NCBI GenBank assembly: GCA_964016885.1
Contig: OZ024751.1
Span: 46,004,001 to 46,068,000 of the forward strand
Direction of reading: 5' to 3'
From: Eledone cirrhosa
Taxonomy: Eukaryota
DNA length: 64,000 bases
In this document: positions 44,760-56,266 of the stretch, one piece after another
How positions within the stretch are numbered: position 1 is the first letter of the stretch
Layout: the number at the start of each line of letters is the position of its first letter
Made by a program: the position numbers and the translations under genes
The notes under the pieces: generated by a model
The model's input: the letters and a program-made list of their open reading frames with translations, nothing else
Database searches by the model: none
What the model was told of the DNA's origin: nothing

Positions 44760-46088
44760 GGTGTTGTTGCTGCCAGTGGTGGTAGTGGTGGTAGTAGTGT
44801 TGGTGATAGTGTTCCTGTTGCCAGTGGTGGTATTGTTGTTAGTAGTGGTAGTGGTAGTAGTGGTGGTAGTAGTGTTGGTGATAGTGTTACTGTTGCCAGT
44901 GGTGGTATTGTTGTTATTAGTGGTAGTAGTAGTGGTGGTAGTAGTGTTGGTGATAGTGTTCCTGTTGCCAATGGTGGTATTGTTGTTGGTAGTGGAAGTA
45001 GTAGTAGTGGTAGTAGTGGTGGTAGTAGTGGTGGTAGTAGTGTTGGTGATAGTGTTACTGTTGCCAGTGGTGGTATTGTTGTTAGTAGTGGTAATAGTAG
45101 TAGTGGTAGTAGTGGTAGTAGTGTTGGTAATAGTGTTCCTGTTGCCAATGGTGGTATTGTTGTTAGTAGTGGTAGTAGTGGTAGTAGTGGTGGTAGTAGT
45201 AGTGGTAGTAGTGTTGGTAATAGTGTTCCTGTTGCCAGTGGTGGTATTGTTGTTGGTAGTGGTAGTAGTGGTAGTAGTGGTGGTGGTAGTAGTAGTGGTA
45301 GTAGTGTTGGTGATAGTTTCCTGTTGCCAGTGGTGGTATTGTTGTTGGTAGTGGTAGTAGTGGTAGTAGTAGTGGTGGTAGTAGTAGTGGTAGTAGTGTT
45401 GGTGATAGTTTCCTGTTGCCAGTGGTGGTATTGTTGTTGGTAGTGGTAGTAGTAGTGGTGGTAGTAGTGTTGGTGATAGTGTTCCTGTTGCCAGTGGTGG
45501 TATTGTTGTTAGTAGTGGTAGTAGTGGTAGTAGTGGTGGTAGTAGTGGTGGTGATAGTGTTCCTGTTGCCAGTGGTGGTATTGTTGTTGGTAGTGGTAGT
45601 AGTAGTGGTGGTAGTAGTGGTGGTAGTAGTGTTGGTGATAGTTTCCTGTTGCCAGTGGTGGTATTGTTGTTGGTAGTGGTAGTAGTAGTGGTGGTAGTAG
45701 TGGTGGTAGTAGTAGTGGTAGTAGTGGTGGTAGTAGTGGTGGTGATAGTGTTCCTGTTGCCAGTGGTGGTATTGTTGTTGGTAGTGGTAGTAGTAGTAGT
45801 GGTAGTAGTGGTGGTAGTAGTAGTGGTAGTAGTGGCAGTAGTTGTAGTGGTAGTAGTGGTAGTAGTAGTAGTGGTAGTAGTGGTGGTAGTAGTGGTGGTG
45901 ATAGTGTTCCTGTTGCCAGTGGTGGTATTGTTGTTGGTAGTGGTAGTAGTAGTGGTAGTAGTAGTGGTAGTAGTAGTGGTAGTAGTGGTAGTAGTGGTAG
46001 TAGTAGTAGTAGTGGTAGTAGTGGTAGTGGTAGTGGTAGTAGTGTTGGTGATAGTGTTCCTGTTGCCAGTGGTGGTATTGTTGTTGGT
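44760..46088. repeat. Composite minisatellite: constant core AGTGTTGGTGATAGTGTTCCTGTTGCCAGTGGTGGTATTGTTGTT separated by variable (AGT/GGT)n tracts, about 14 units
   Basis: The core TGTTGCCA recurs from ~44816 to ~46061 at variable spacing. Three cores lack one base (GATAGTTTCC at 45312, 45404, 45637). Confidence 0.93.
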
Positions 46089-46367
46089 GTGATAGTGCTG
46101 GCGACAGACGTGGTGTTGGCTGTGGTTTTGTTGGTGACAGTGGTGTTGGCTCTGGTGGAGGTGGTGTTGGAGGTAGTGGTGGTGGTGTTTGCAGTAGTTT
46201 TGTTATTGTTGCTGCGTTTGTCTGTGGTATTGTTGTTGTTGTAGTTGTTGTTATATCACAATTTGTAGGCGTTGTTGTTTTATCAACTCTTCTAAAGATA
46301 GAAACAGCTGCCAAGGAGCGTGCAGGGGTGGACGTCGTTAAATGGCTAACACTAAACAGTGGTATGT

Positions 46368-46880
<513 letters not shown>

Positions 46881-47295
46881 CTGTGACCAAATGCCTATTT
46901 ATTTCATCATATGCTTTTCATTTGTTGAAAACTGAGAGAGGTCTTGATTAACCAACGTGTACGTCGTCTTTATTTACAGACCCTAATTTTAGGTTTTCTA
47001 GGTCAGCTACTAGAAACAGACATTTTGTTATCTTAAACCTTCCTAAGGTACCGGGGGTAACGGAGGAACATTATAATGGTTGCGGCGCGGGGGAACTTTT
47101 CAGAGGACGAGGGGTCAGGGTGGTGGTGGAGCTAACCGCTGTCCTCTTAAACGTGGAGACCTGTTGATGTAGCAGATTAATATCTACCCACGCCTCCTTT
47201 CAACTCCACCCTCCTACCTACCTACCCAGGTGGGGTGGCGGGTGGCGGTGGTGGTAGGGGTGCGAGGAAATTCTACGCAGACAGACGGACATTCG

Positions 47296-47630
47296 ACCTG
47301 CTAGAAATAGCAGCTAAATTTTTTCTACTCCAACCTACTCAAGGCAATAGGTGTGTGTGGGGGGTGAGGAACTTGCTGAATAAGGAATCAACGAATGACT
47401 AATTCTAGAAATGCTCTTAATACTAGATAAAGCAGCTAAATCTCCCTCAAATCACATCTTGTTATCATAAAACGAGAAGGTCATATTGTATATTGGATAA
47501 TGTAGGGCGGGGTACACCATACCTGAAACAGGAAGGTCTTGGCTGGAATGTCTTTCATCATCATTGTTGTGTTCCATTAGGGCTGGTTGACCTGGGGCTA
47601 AACATCGATGACTACAACAACAACAACAAC
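47296..47630 (+). mobile_element. Degenerate SINE-like interspersed repeat ending in a (CAA)n tail
   Basis: The motif CTAGA(A/T)A(T/A)AGCAGCTAAAT occurs twice (~47301, ~47423). It is followed by ...GCTGGAATG...GACCTGGGGCTAAACA and a CAA tail. This resembles an abundant octopus repeat from memory and was not verified by search. Confidence 0.5.
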
Positions 47631-48590
47631 ATTCACATTAACGATAACAACAATAATAACAACATCATCATCATCAACCATTACAATGTCCCTAAACCAC
47701 CACCACCACCATCACCACCACCACCCACCACCACCCACCACCACCACCACCAACAACATCACCACTACAACAACCACTACCACCACCATCACCACCACCA
47801 CCATCACCACCACCACCACCACCACCACCACCACCACCATCACCACCACCACCACCACCACCATCACCACCACCACCACCACCACCACCACCACCACCAC
47901 CACCAACAACAACAGCATCATCATCATTAACCATCACAATGTCCCTAAACCATCACCACCACCACCACTACCATCAACAACATCACCACTACCACCACCA
48001 ACAACAACAACATCATCAACCACCACAATGTTCCTAGACCACCACCACCACCAGCACCACCACCAACATCATCATCATCAACCACCACAATGTTCCTAGA
48101 CCACCACCACCACCACCACCACCACCACCACCAACATCATCATCATCAACCACCACCACCACCACCACCAACATCATCATCATCAACCACCACAATGTTC
48201 CTAGACCACCACCACCACCACCACCACCACCACCACCACCAACATCATCATCATCAACCACCACCACCACCACCACCAACATCATCATCATCATCAACCA
48301 CCACCACCACCACCAACATCATCATCATCAACCACCACAATGTTCCTAGACCACCACCACCACCACCACCACCACCAACATCATCATCATCAACCACCAC
48401 AATGTTCCTAGACCACCACCACCACCACCACCACCACCACCAACAACAACATCATCATCATCATCAACCACCACAATGTTCCTAGACCACCACCACCACC
48501 ACCACCACCACCACCACCACCACCACCACCACCAACACCATCACCACCAACATCATCATCATCAACCACCACAATGTTCCAAGACCACCA
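47614..48590. repeat. (CCA)n/(CAT)n composite minisatellite with recurring core CATCAACCACCACAATGTTCCTAGACC
   Basis: The core AATGT(T/C)CC(T/A)A recurs about 9 times between 47685 and 48585, separated by variable CCA/CAT runs. Confidence 0.92.
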
Positions 48591-48676
48591 GATGTCACCA
48601 GTAATCATATGTGAGTCATAAGAAATATGTTGTATTATATAAGTCAGTAAGACACAGTGTTTCTAGAGTGACTTAG

Positions 48677-49126
48677 AGATATATATCTCATATATATATA
48701 CCACATATACATACATACACATAGACATACATACATAGACATACATAGACATACATAGACATAGACATACATACACATATACATACATACACATAGACAT
48801 ACATACATACACATACACCACATAGACATACATAGACATAGACATACATACATATAGACATATATATATATAGACATACATACATATAGACATATATACA
48901 CCACATACATACAACACATACACACACACACATACATACGCACACATACATACACACACATACATACGTACACACATACATACACTACATACATGCATAC
49001 AACACATACACAGACATACACATACATACACATACATACACAGCCTACACACAACACAAACATACACAACACAACATATACACCCATATACACACACGAG
49101 CACACACACTTACACATGTATATGTA
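48677..49126. repeat. Low-complexity (CATA)n/(GACATA)n/(CA)n tract
   Basis: Directly visible. Confidence 0.9.
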
Positions 49127-49265
49127 CAAGAAATAAAAATGTCCATAGGAGAGAAACGTAAAGAGCGCTCTATCTAGTGAAAGAGGGCGATTTATTATTG
49201 TTATGACTCATACCCAAGGTTTCATGGCAGCGCAATACTTACTTGTTGCGTGCACGAATGATAAT

Positions 49266-49270
<5 letters not shown>

Positions 49271-49324
<54 letters not shown>
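49271..49324. repeat. (TA)n microsatellite
   Basis: Pure TA run. Confidence 0.97.
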
Positions 49325-49325
<1 letters not shown>

Positions 49326-49335
49326 CACACCGGAT

Positions 49336-50095
49336 GATTATATATACAAGCGAGGATGTGTGGTGTGTGTCTGTGGACAACTTTGGACAGCTAAGGGTTT
49401 TACAATTCCCAACCGAATTTGACTAAATTTTCTGTGCACGTTGCACCTGTCAATAAGATGGTCACATCGATGGTTCAAATCGACCCACGTTGAGCAATAA
49501 AAAATCGATAGCAAAATTATTATTTTTAAAGTGCATGATGTAAGGTAGAAATCAATCAAAACAAAATCCTTATGGGACTTTCCATTCAAACTGTTGGGAC
49601 CTACAACTTTTCAGCTGTAGCTTCCACATTTTTTTGTCACTCGCGACAAAATTGTAGGTGTTTAGTCTCTGCACTACAAGGCTCTTAAGCGAGCATCAAT
49701 TTTCTTCTAAGTCACATGCCTGTGTCAGCAAACCCATAAAACTAAATCCTTATGGGATTTTCCATTCAATTTACTTCCTAGCTGTATATTCTTAAATGTT
49801 TATAACTGATTCAGAGCACTTGACATATTTTCTGGAGTATAATATTCAATGATATTAAATAAATGGAAACTATATTTATAAAACCATATTTATTCTATTA
49901 TATATATTTCAAGGGTACCAAAACTTTGGTACGCTTTCATCAGATAAAATACGAAGTGTGTTTTATAAATTTTGACATAACCAAGGAAAATACCTTAACG
50001 GTTCAAGTTTTCCTTGGATAGTGAAGGGATAAGAGAAGAAAAGTTAGATATTTCAAATTGTTAAGAGGAGTATGCAAATGAGTATGCAAATGAGG
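49336..50095 (+). mobile_element. Possible relic of a non-autonomous DNA element (Helitron/MITE-like)
   Basis: It begins TATATATACAAG...TGTGTGTCTGT...AACCGAATTTGACTAAATTT, reminiscent of the 5' ends of non-autonomous Helitrons. It also holds a 26-bp direct repeat at 49564 and 49744, two perfect inverted repeats and a duplicated ATGCAAAT. Termini are not defined. Confidence 0.35.
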
Positions 50096-50264
50096 TTGAG
50101 ATAAAAGGCTGAGAAAACGTTATTTTAGACGCTATGGAGAATTTAAATAATTATGATATGTGTTTGTATGCGTAGGAAAGAAGAAAAAGGAAGAAGAGCT
50201 TGTATTTACGTTAATTAGGGGGAAAAAGTGGAATATGATTCCAGAGTTTAAATTTAAATTTATT

Positions 50265-50270
<6 letters not shown>

Positions 50271-50328
<58 letters not shown>

Positions 50329-50365
50329 GTGTGTGTATACATAAATGTGTGAGAATGTATGCGTG

Positions 50366-50396
<31 letters not shown>
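50271..50396. repeat. (TA)n/(TG)n microsatellites
   Basis: Directly visible. Confidence 0.93.
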
Positions 50397-50571
50397 ACGT
50401 CTACTAATGCAATATATGAAAGGATGTGGTCCATGTACTACTGGTGGTGGTAGTTTTATTAGTGGGGATATTTTTGTTGTTGATCTTTTTTGCTGGGTAT
50501 GTGGAGGTGCCTCAGCTCCATCTCTGATACATTGATGGACCACCCTCCTCCCCATCAATATCTCTGTTATC

Positions 50572-50588
50572 ACAGCTACCACCAGCTT

Positions 50589-50654
<66 letters not shown>

Positions 50655-50848
50655 CACTACTACTACTACTACTACTACCACCAACACCACCACCACCACC
50701 ACCACCACCACCATCGCCATCACCTTCACCACTACTACCACCTTCTCAACCACTACAAATACTACTACAACCACCACTAGCTAATACCTTTACAACTACA
50801 ACAATCACCACCACCACCACTACTACTACTACTAGTACTACTACCACC

Positions 50849-50919
<71 letters not shown>

Positions 50920-50959
50920 CACCACTACTACGACTACTACTACTACTACTGCTACCACC

Positions 50960-51025
<66 letters not shown>

Positions 51026-51060
51026 GCTACCACCACCACCACCACCACTACTACTACTAT

Positions 51061-51106
<46 letters not shown>

Positions 51107-51163
51107 GCTGCCACCACCACCACCACTACTACTACTACTACTACCACCACCACCACCACCACC

Positions 51164-51204
<41 letters not shown>

Positions 51205-51325
51205 CATAACCACCACCACCACTACTACTACTACTACTACCACTACTACTGCTACCACCACCACCACCACCACTACTACTACTACTACCACCACCACCAC
51301 CACCACTACTACTACTACTACTACC

Positions 51326-51387
<62 letters not shown>

Positions 51388-51400
51388 CACCACCACCACC

Positions 51401-51444
<44 letters not shown>

Positions 51445-51466
51445 CACCACTACTACTACTACCACC

Positions 51467-51505
<39 letters not shown>

Positions 51506-51509
51506 GCTA

Positions 51510-51547
<38 letters not shown>
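50572..51547. repeat. ~1-kb (CTA)n/(CCA)n trinucleotide tract ending in (CTG)n
   Basis: Alternating in-register CTA and CCA blocks. Confidence 0.96.
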
Positions 51548-51609
51548 AGTGTGATTAGGTTGACAGGTGTAAGTGATGTGAAATTAAGTCATAAATCCAC
51601 CCAGGTACG

Positions 51610-51913
51610 CCTCTCTCCAAACTCCTCCTCCTCCTCATACTACTACCTCCTCCTTCTCTTCCTCCTCCTTCTCTTCCTCTTCCTCCTTCTCCTCTTCCTC
51701 CTCCTCCTTCTCCTCTACCTCCTCCTCCTCCGCCACCTCTTACCCCCTTCTCCTACTCCTTCTTCCCTCCTCTTCATCTGCTTCCTACTCTTACTATTCC
51801 TCCACCTCCCCTCCTCTTCCTCCAGCTCCTCCCCCAACCCCTCCTCTTCCTATTCCTCCACCACCCTCCTCCTTCGCCCCCACCCCTCCCACAATCCCCC
51901 AGCCCCTCCTCCC
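51610..51913. repeat. Polypyrimidine (CTC/CTT)n tract
   Basis: About 300 bp dominated by C and T on the + strand. Confidence 0.9.
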
Positions 51914-51949
51914 ACTGATTTATTACAGTGACTTTCCAAAAGAACGGAT

Positions 51950-52366
51950 GTATATATATACAATTATATATAGACATGTATATATATACAATTATATATA
52001 GACATGTATATATATACAATTATATATAGACATGTATATATATACAATTATATATAGACATGCATATATATACAATTGTATATAGACATGTATATATATA
52101 CAATTATATATAGACATGTATATATACAATTATATATAGACATGTATATATATACAATTATATATAGACATGTATATATATACAATTATATATAGACATG
52201 TATATATATACAATTATATATAGACATGTATATATATACAATTGTATATAGACATGTATATATATATACAATTATATATAGACATGTATATATACAATTG
52301 TATATAGACATGTATATATACAATTGTATATAGACATGGATATATACAATTGTATATAGACAAGTA
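51950..52366. repeat. 28-bp (26-30) AT-rich minisatellite TATATATATACAATT(A/G)TATATAGACATG, about 15 copies
   Basis: CAATT recurs at 51961, 51989, 52017...; unit length varies by TA steps. Confidence 0.95.
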
Positions 52367-52424
52367 TAAATAAATAGATAAATAGTCTGTTTAAAATTAC
52401 TGGTTTCTCATCCTTCACTTGTGT

Positions 52425-52430
52425 TGTATA

Positions 52431-52485
<55 letters not shown>

Positions 52486-52588
52486 ATATATATATATATA
52501 CATATATACATATATGTATATATATATGTATATATATATAGGAATATATATATGTATATATATATATATATATATACACACACATGCG

Positions 52589-52630
<42 letters not shown>

Positions 52631-52682
52631 CATATACATACATGCATACATACATACATACATACATACATACATACATACA

Positions 52683-52716
<34 letters not shown>

Positions 52717-52722
52717 CATACA
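52425..52722. repeat. (TA)n/(CATA)n microsatellites
   Basis: Directly visible. Confidence 0.93.
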
Positions 52723-52885
52723 CGTTTTACCAGCTGCTATATAATAGCCAAGTTGATGTTCTGCATTACCTGTTAATTAATCACTACAGGTAACATATTT
52801 CATTGCATTGGGTCAAACATGCATCAAACTAATTGCACACGTTGAAGTTCGCTCATGTCATTAATGATTCGCTGAAGTAGCGTCA

Positions 52886-53584
52886 ACACACACAGACAGA
52901 CATACATGGATGCAGAAAGACACACAAACAAACGCACACACACACACACACACAGACACACAAACACACAAACACACAGACAACAGACAAACACACACAC
53001 ACACACACAGACACACAAATATACAGACAACAGACAAACACACACAGACACAGAAACACACACACAGACACACAAACACACACACAGACACAGAGACACA
53101 GAAACACACACACAGACACAAACACACGAACAAACACAGACACACAGACACACAAACACACACACAGACACACAAACACACACACACACAGACAAACACA
53201 CACACACAGACACACAAACAAACACACATACACACAGACATACAGACATACACAGATGCAGAAAGACACAGACACAGACACACAAACAAACACACACACA
53301 TACACAGACACACAAACACACACACAGACACACAAACACACACACACACAGACAAACACACACACACAGACACACAAACAAACACACATACACACAGACA
53401 TACAGACATACACGGATGCAGAAAGACACAGACACAGACACACAAACAAACACACACACACACATACACAGACACACAAACACACACAGACACAGACACA
53501 CAAACAAACACACACACACACACACACACACAGACACACAAACACACACACACATTGACACATACACGGATACAGAAAGACACA

Positions 53585-53654
<70 letters not shown>
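52886..53654. repeat. (CA)n-derived composite repeat with an internal ~160-bp duplication
   Basis: The anchor GAT(G/A)CAGAAAGA occurs at ~52909, 53255, 53415 and 53569. The tract ends in pure (CA)n. Confidence 0.92.
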
Positions 53655-53656
<2 letters not shown>

Positions 53657-53728
53657 ATGAAACACAAAACACAGGAGGCAACTTTTACACAGTTATATTA
53701 GGTTCACGCTTGGTAGAAATGGGGGAGG

Positions 53729-53764
53729 TTTCGACGTTTCGGACAGAAGTCCTTCTTCAGGAAA
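53729..53764 (-). ncRNA. Minimal type I hammerhead ribozyme of the kind found in Penelope-like elements and retrozymes
   Basis: The minus strand reads UUUC-CUGAAGA-A-GGAC-UUCU-GUCC-GAA-ACGU-C-GAAA. It has both catalytic boxes, a 4-bp stem II, a 4-bp stem I (UUUC/GAAA), palindromic ACGU in place of helix III and a GUC cleavage triplet. Confidence 0.8.
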
Positions 53765-53887
53765 GTTCGAATAAGGAGAGAACAGATACACGTAAGAGAA
53801 GGTTAGGGAAGGAAATTTGAAAAAAAATAGATAGAGATAGATAGATAGATAGATTAAGAGACACAGTGAGAGAATAATACGAGAGAG

Positions 53888-54290
53888 GTGGTGGTGGCGG
53901 TACTGATGATGGCAGTAATGGTGGTGGTGGTGGTGGTGGTGGTGGTGGCGGTAGTGATGATGGCAGTAGTGGTGGTGGCGGTGGTGGTGGTGGTGGCAGT
54001 AGTGATGATGGCAGTAATGGTGGTGGTGGTTGTGGTGGTGGTGATGGTGGCAGTAGTGATGATGGCAGTAGTGGTGGTGGTGGTGGTTGTGATTGTAGCA
54101 GTAATTATGATGGTGGTGATGGTGGTAGTATTGATGATGACAGTAGTGGGTGGTGATGGCAGTGGTGGTGGTGGTGGTGGTGTTGGTGGTAAGAGTACTA
54201 GTGGTGGTGGTGGTGGTGGTGGTGGTGACTGTGATAGTGGCGGCTGGAAAAAAAGGAGGAGTGGTAGGGTGAGGAGGAGGAGGAGGGGGG
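53888..54290. repeat. (GGT/GAT/GGC)n trinucleotide tract followed by (GGA)n
   Basis: Directly visible. Confidence 0.92.
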
Positions 54291-54392
54291 AAGGAAGTTG
54301 AGTAAAAGATTGAATAACAATATCAATGAAAGTAACAAGAATCTTAGAGAAACAGAAAATACTAGACGTAATATACATACAACATTGAATTA

Positions 54393-54470
54393 AACAACAA
54401 CAACAACTGCAACAGCAACAACAACAACAACAACAACAACAACAGCAACAACAACAACAACAACAACAGC

Positions 54471-54504
<34 letters not shown>

Positions 54505-54532
54505 GCAACAACAACAACAACAACAACAGCAA
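54393..54532. repeat. (CAA)n microsatellite with CAG interruptions
   Basis: Directly visible. Confidence 0.95.
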
Positions 54533-54614
54533 GGCAAAGATTGGAGTGATGTGAAAAGAGAGACAGGTAGAATGTTGTGTCAAGAATCCATTTACAGGCA
54601 GAAGATGAAACATC

Positions 54615-54944
54615 ACTTCCGGTAAATATTCAACTGATAATACAATCCGTGTTTTGCTGCTATTCAACGAACGTCTTCCGGTAACAAAAATAAAAACAAG
54701 AAATAAAATAAAATAATAATAATAGTAATAATAATAATAATAATATAATAATAATAATAATAATAATAGTAAATAGATAAAAAGAACCACAAACTAAAAA
54801 AATAAAACTAATAAATAAATAACAAACAAATCTTTCAAGAGAGGGTACTGTAGCATTTACCGCTGTACTAAGAGCGACTTCCGGTTTAATTAACGCCGAA
54901 ACAATAAAGCAGATTTTGCCGTTATCAAATCGTACTACTTCCGG
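54615..54944. promoter_or_regulatory. Cluster of four same-orientation CTTCCGGT motifs (ETS-class ACCGGAAG(T) on the minus strand)
   Basis: ACTTCCGGT occurs at 54615, 54877 and 54937, and CTTCCGGT at 54675. Function is inferred only. Confidence 0.35.
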
Positions 54945-55120
54945 TAAAATGTTGAAGAGAAAATATGAGGATTACCGCTGCAGTTTCTGACAGACGACCT
55001 TCGCATATTTACTGTTTATTGGTGAATGGCTTCTGTCACGATCTTCTGCTTTATTAACATTTTAATGGCACATCTGTCAGGTATTGGTAACAGGTGGGAC
55101 ATTTAGGTGTTCTCTCTGTC

Positions 55121-55226
55121 TGACCTAGTGGTTAACGTGTTCGACCCCTTGATGATGAGGGCGTGGGTTTGAATACTGAACTGGCTGGCGAGTTGCGTTC
55201 TTGAGCAAGATGCTTCATTTTACGTT
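55121..55226 (+). mobile_element. Degenerate tRNA-derived SINE (head plus start of conserved core)
   Basis: It has an A-box-like TGACCTAGTGGTTA and a B-box-like GGTTTGAATAC, then GTTCTTGAGCAAGATGCTTCATTTTACGTT, which is homologous to the copies at 55428 and 55606. Confidence 0.7.
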
Positions 55227-55427
55227 AATGTTCATGTTACATCTGGTGTTCCTATAACTAAAACACCCAAGAAAACTCCTATGTGATCCGACCTTGTATG
55301 AGGCCAGCTAAACCTACATATGTGTGAACTGGAAATTTCAAAAATGTTCGTTTAATCATTTTCGTCTGCGGGTCTCGCACATTTTAAAATCTTTATATAT
55401 AAGACATGATACGATATACACGTGGGC

Positions 55428-55478
55428 TGTGTCTTGAGCAAGACACTTCATTTCACGTTGCTTCCGTCCACTCAGTTG
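55428..55478 (+). mobile_element. SINE core fragment
   Basis: TGTGTCTTGAGCAAGACACTTCATTTCACGTTGCTTCCGTCCACTCAGTTG closely matches the reverse complement of 55607-55658. Confidence 0.75.
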
Positions 55479-55605
55479 AAAATAGATAATAGCAGAGGCT
55501 GTAGCGTAAGAAGAGTTATTCATACAAGGAACTAGTGACCCTTCGTAGGAGAAGTCTTATACTTTATAACGCCAATAAAACCGGGATAAGCTTCGACATG
55601 ATGGC

Positions 55606-55716
55606 CCAGCTGAGTGGACTGGAGCAACGTGAAATAAAGTGCCTTGCTCAAGGACACAACGCGCCCCCGGGAATCGAATTCATGACCTTACGATTGTGAG
55701 CCGAATACCCTAACCA
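55606..55716 (-). mobile_element. tRNA-derived SINE, 5' part
   Basis: The minus strand reads TGGTTAGGGTATTCGGCTCACAATCGTAAGGTCATGAATTCGATTCCCGG (tRNA-like head with B-box-like TTCGATTCC), then GTTGTGTCCTTGAGCAAGGCACTTTATTTCACGTTGCTCCAGTCCACTCAGCTGG. GTGTCCTTGAGCAAG is a motif widespread in metazoan SINE cores. Confidence 0.8.
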
Positions 55717-55735
55717 TGCACTTTCACACGCCTAA

Positions 55736-55960
55736 ATACATACATAAACACACACAGACACACACATATACAAGGACACAGGCAAACACACACATACACA
55801 CATATAAACACACACACAAACATATATATATATATATAAACACACACATATATAAACAAACACACACATGTATATACACACACAAATATATATATATATA
55901 AACACACAGACACATATATATACACACACATATACATATAAACACACACACTCATATACA
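55736..55960. repeat. Mixed (CA)n/(TA)n low-complexity tract
   Basis: Directly visible. Confidence 0.88.
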
Positions 55961-56069
55961 CAGCCAGTTTGCTGTGAAAGCCAAATATTAAAACATTTTT
56001 CTTTTCCTCTTAAAATGATTTTGTCACTCTCTCTCAAAATATTACCCCTCCCTAGCTAAAACATTATAC

Positions 56070-56235
56070 CTTTCTCACCCTCTCTATAGACCACTACATG
56101 CCTCACTCTCTCTCACTAGACCAACATTCTTCATCTCTCACTAAACCAGCAAACTGTGTCCCCCTCTCTATATCCGACTACGTAACTTACTCTCTCACTC
56201 TCACAATTCCCCCCTCTCACTTAACCACAAAACTT

Positions 56236-56266
<31 letters not shown>

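Noticed and set aside
47205-47262. G-quadruplex or hairpin in a GC-rich patch
   Set aside because: Only three runs of 3 or more G and imperfect complementarity, with no supporting context.
54393-54625. Poly-glutamine exon
   Set aside because: The CAA frame has a TGA at 54386 just upstream, no start codon and no convincing splice acceptor, and the downstream peptide is short and unrecognisable.
55640-55716. Functional tRNA gene
   Set aside because: There is no complete acceptor stem or terminator, and the tRNA-like head runs directly into a SINE core shared with neighbouring copies.
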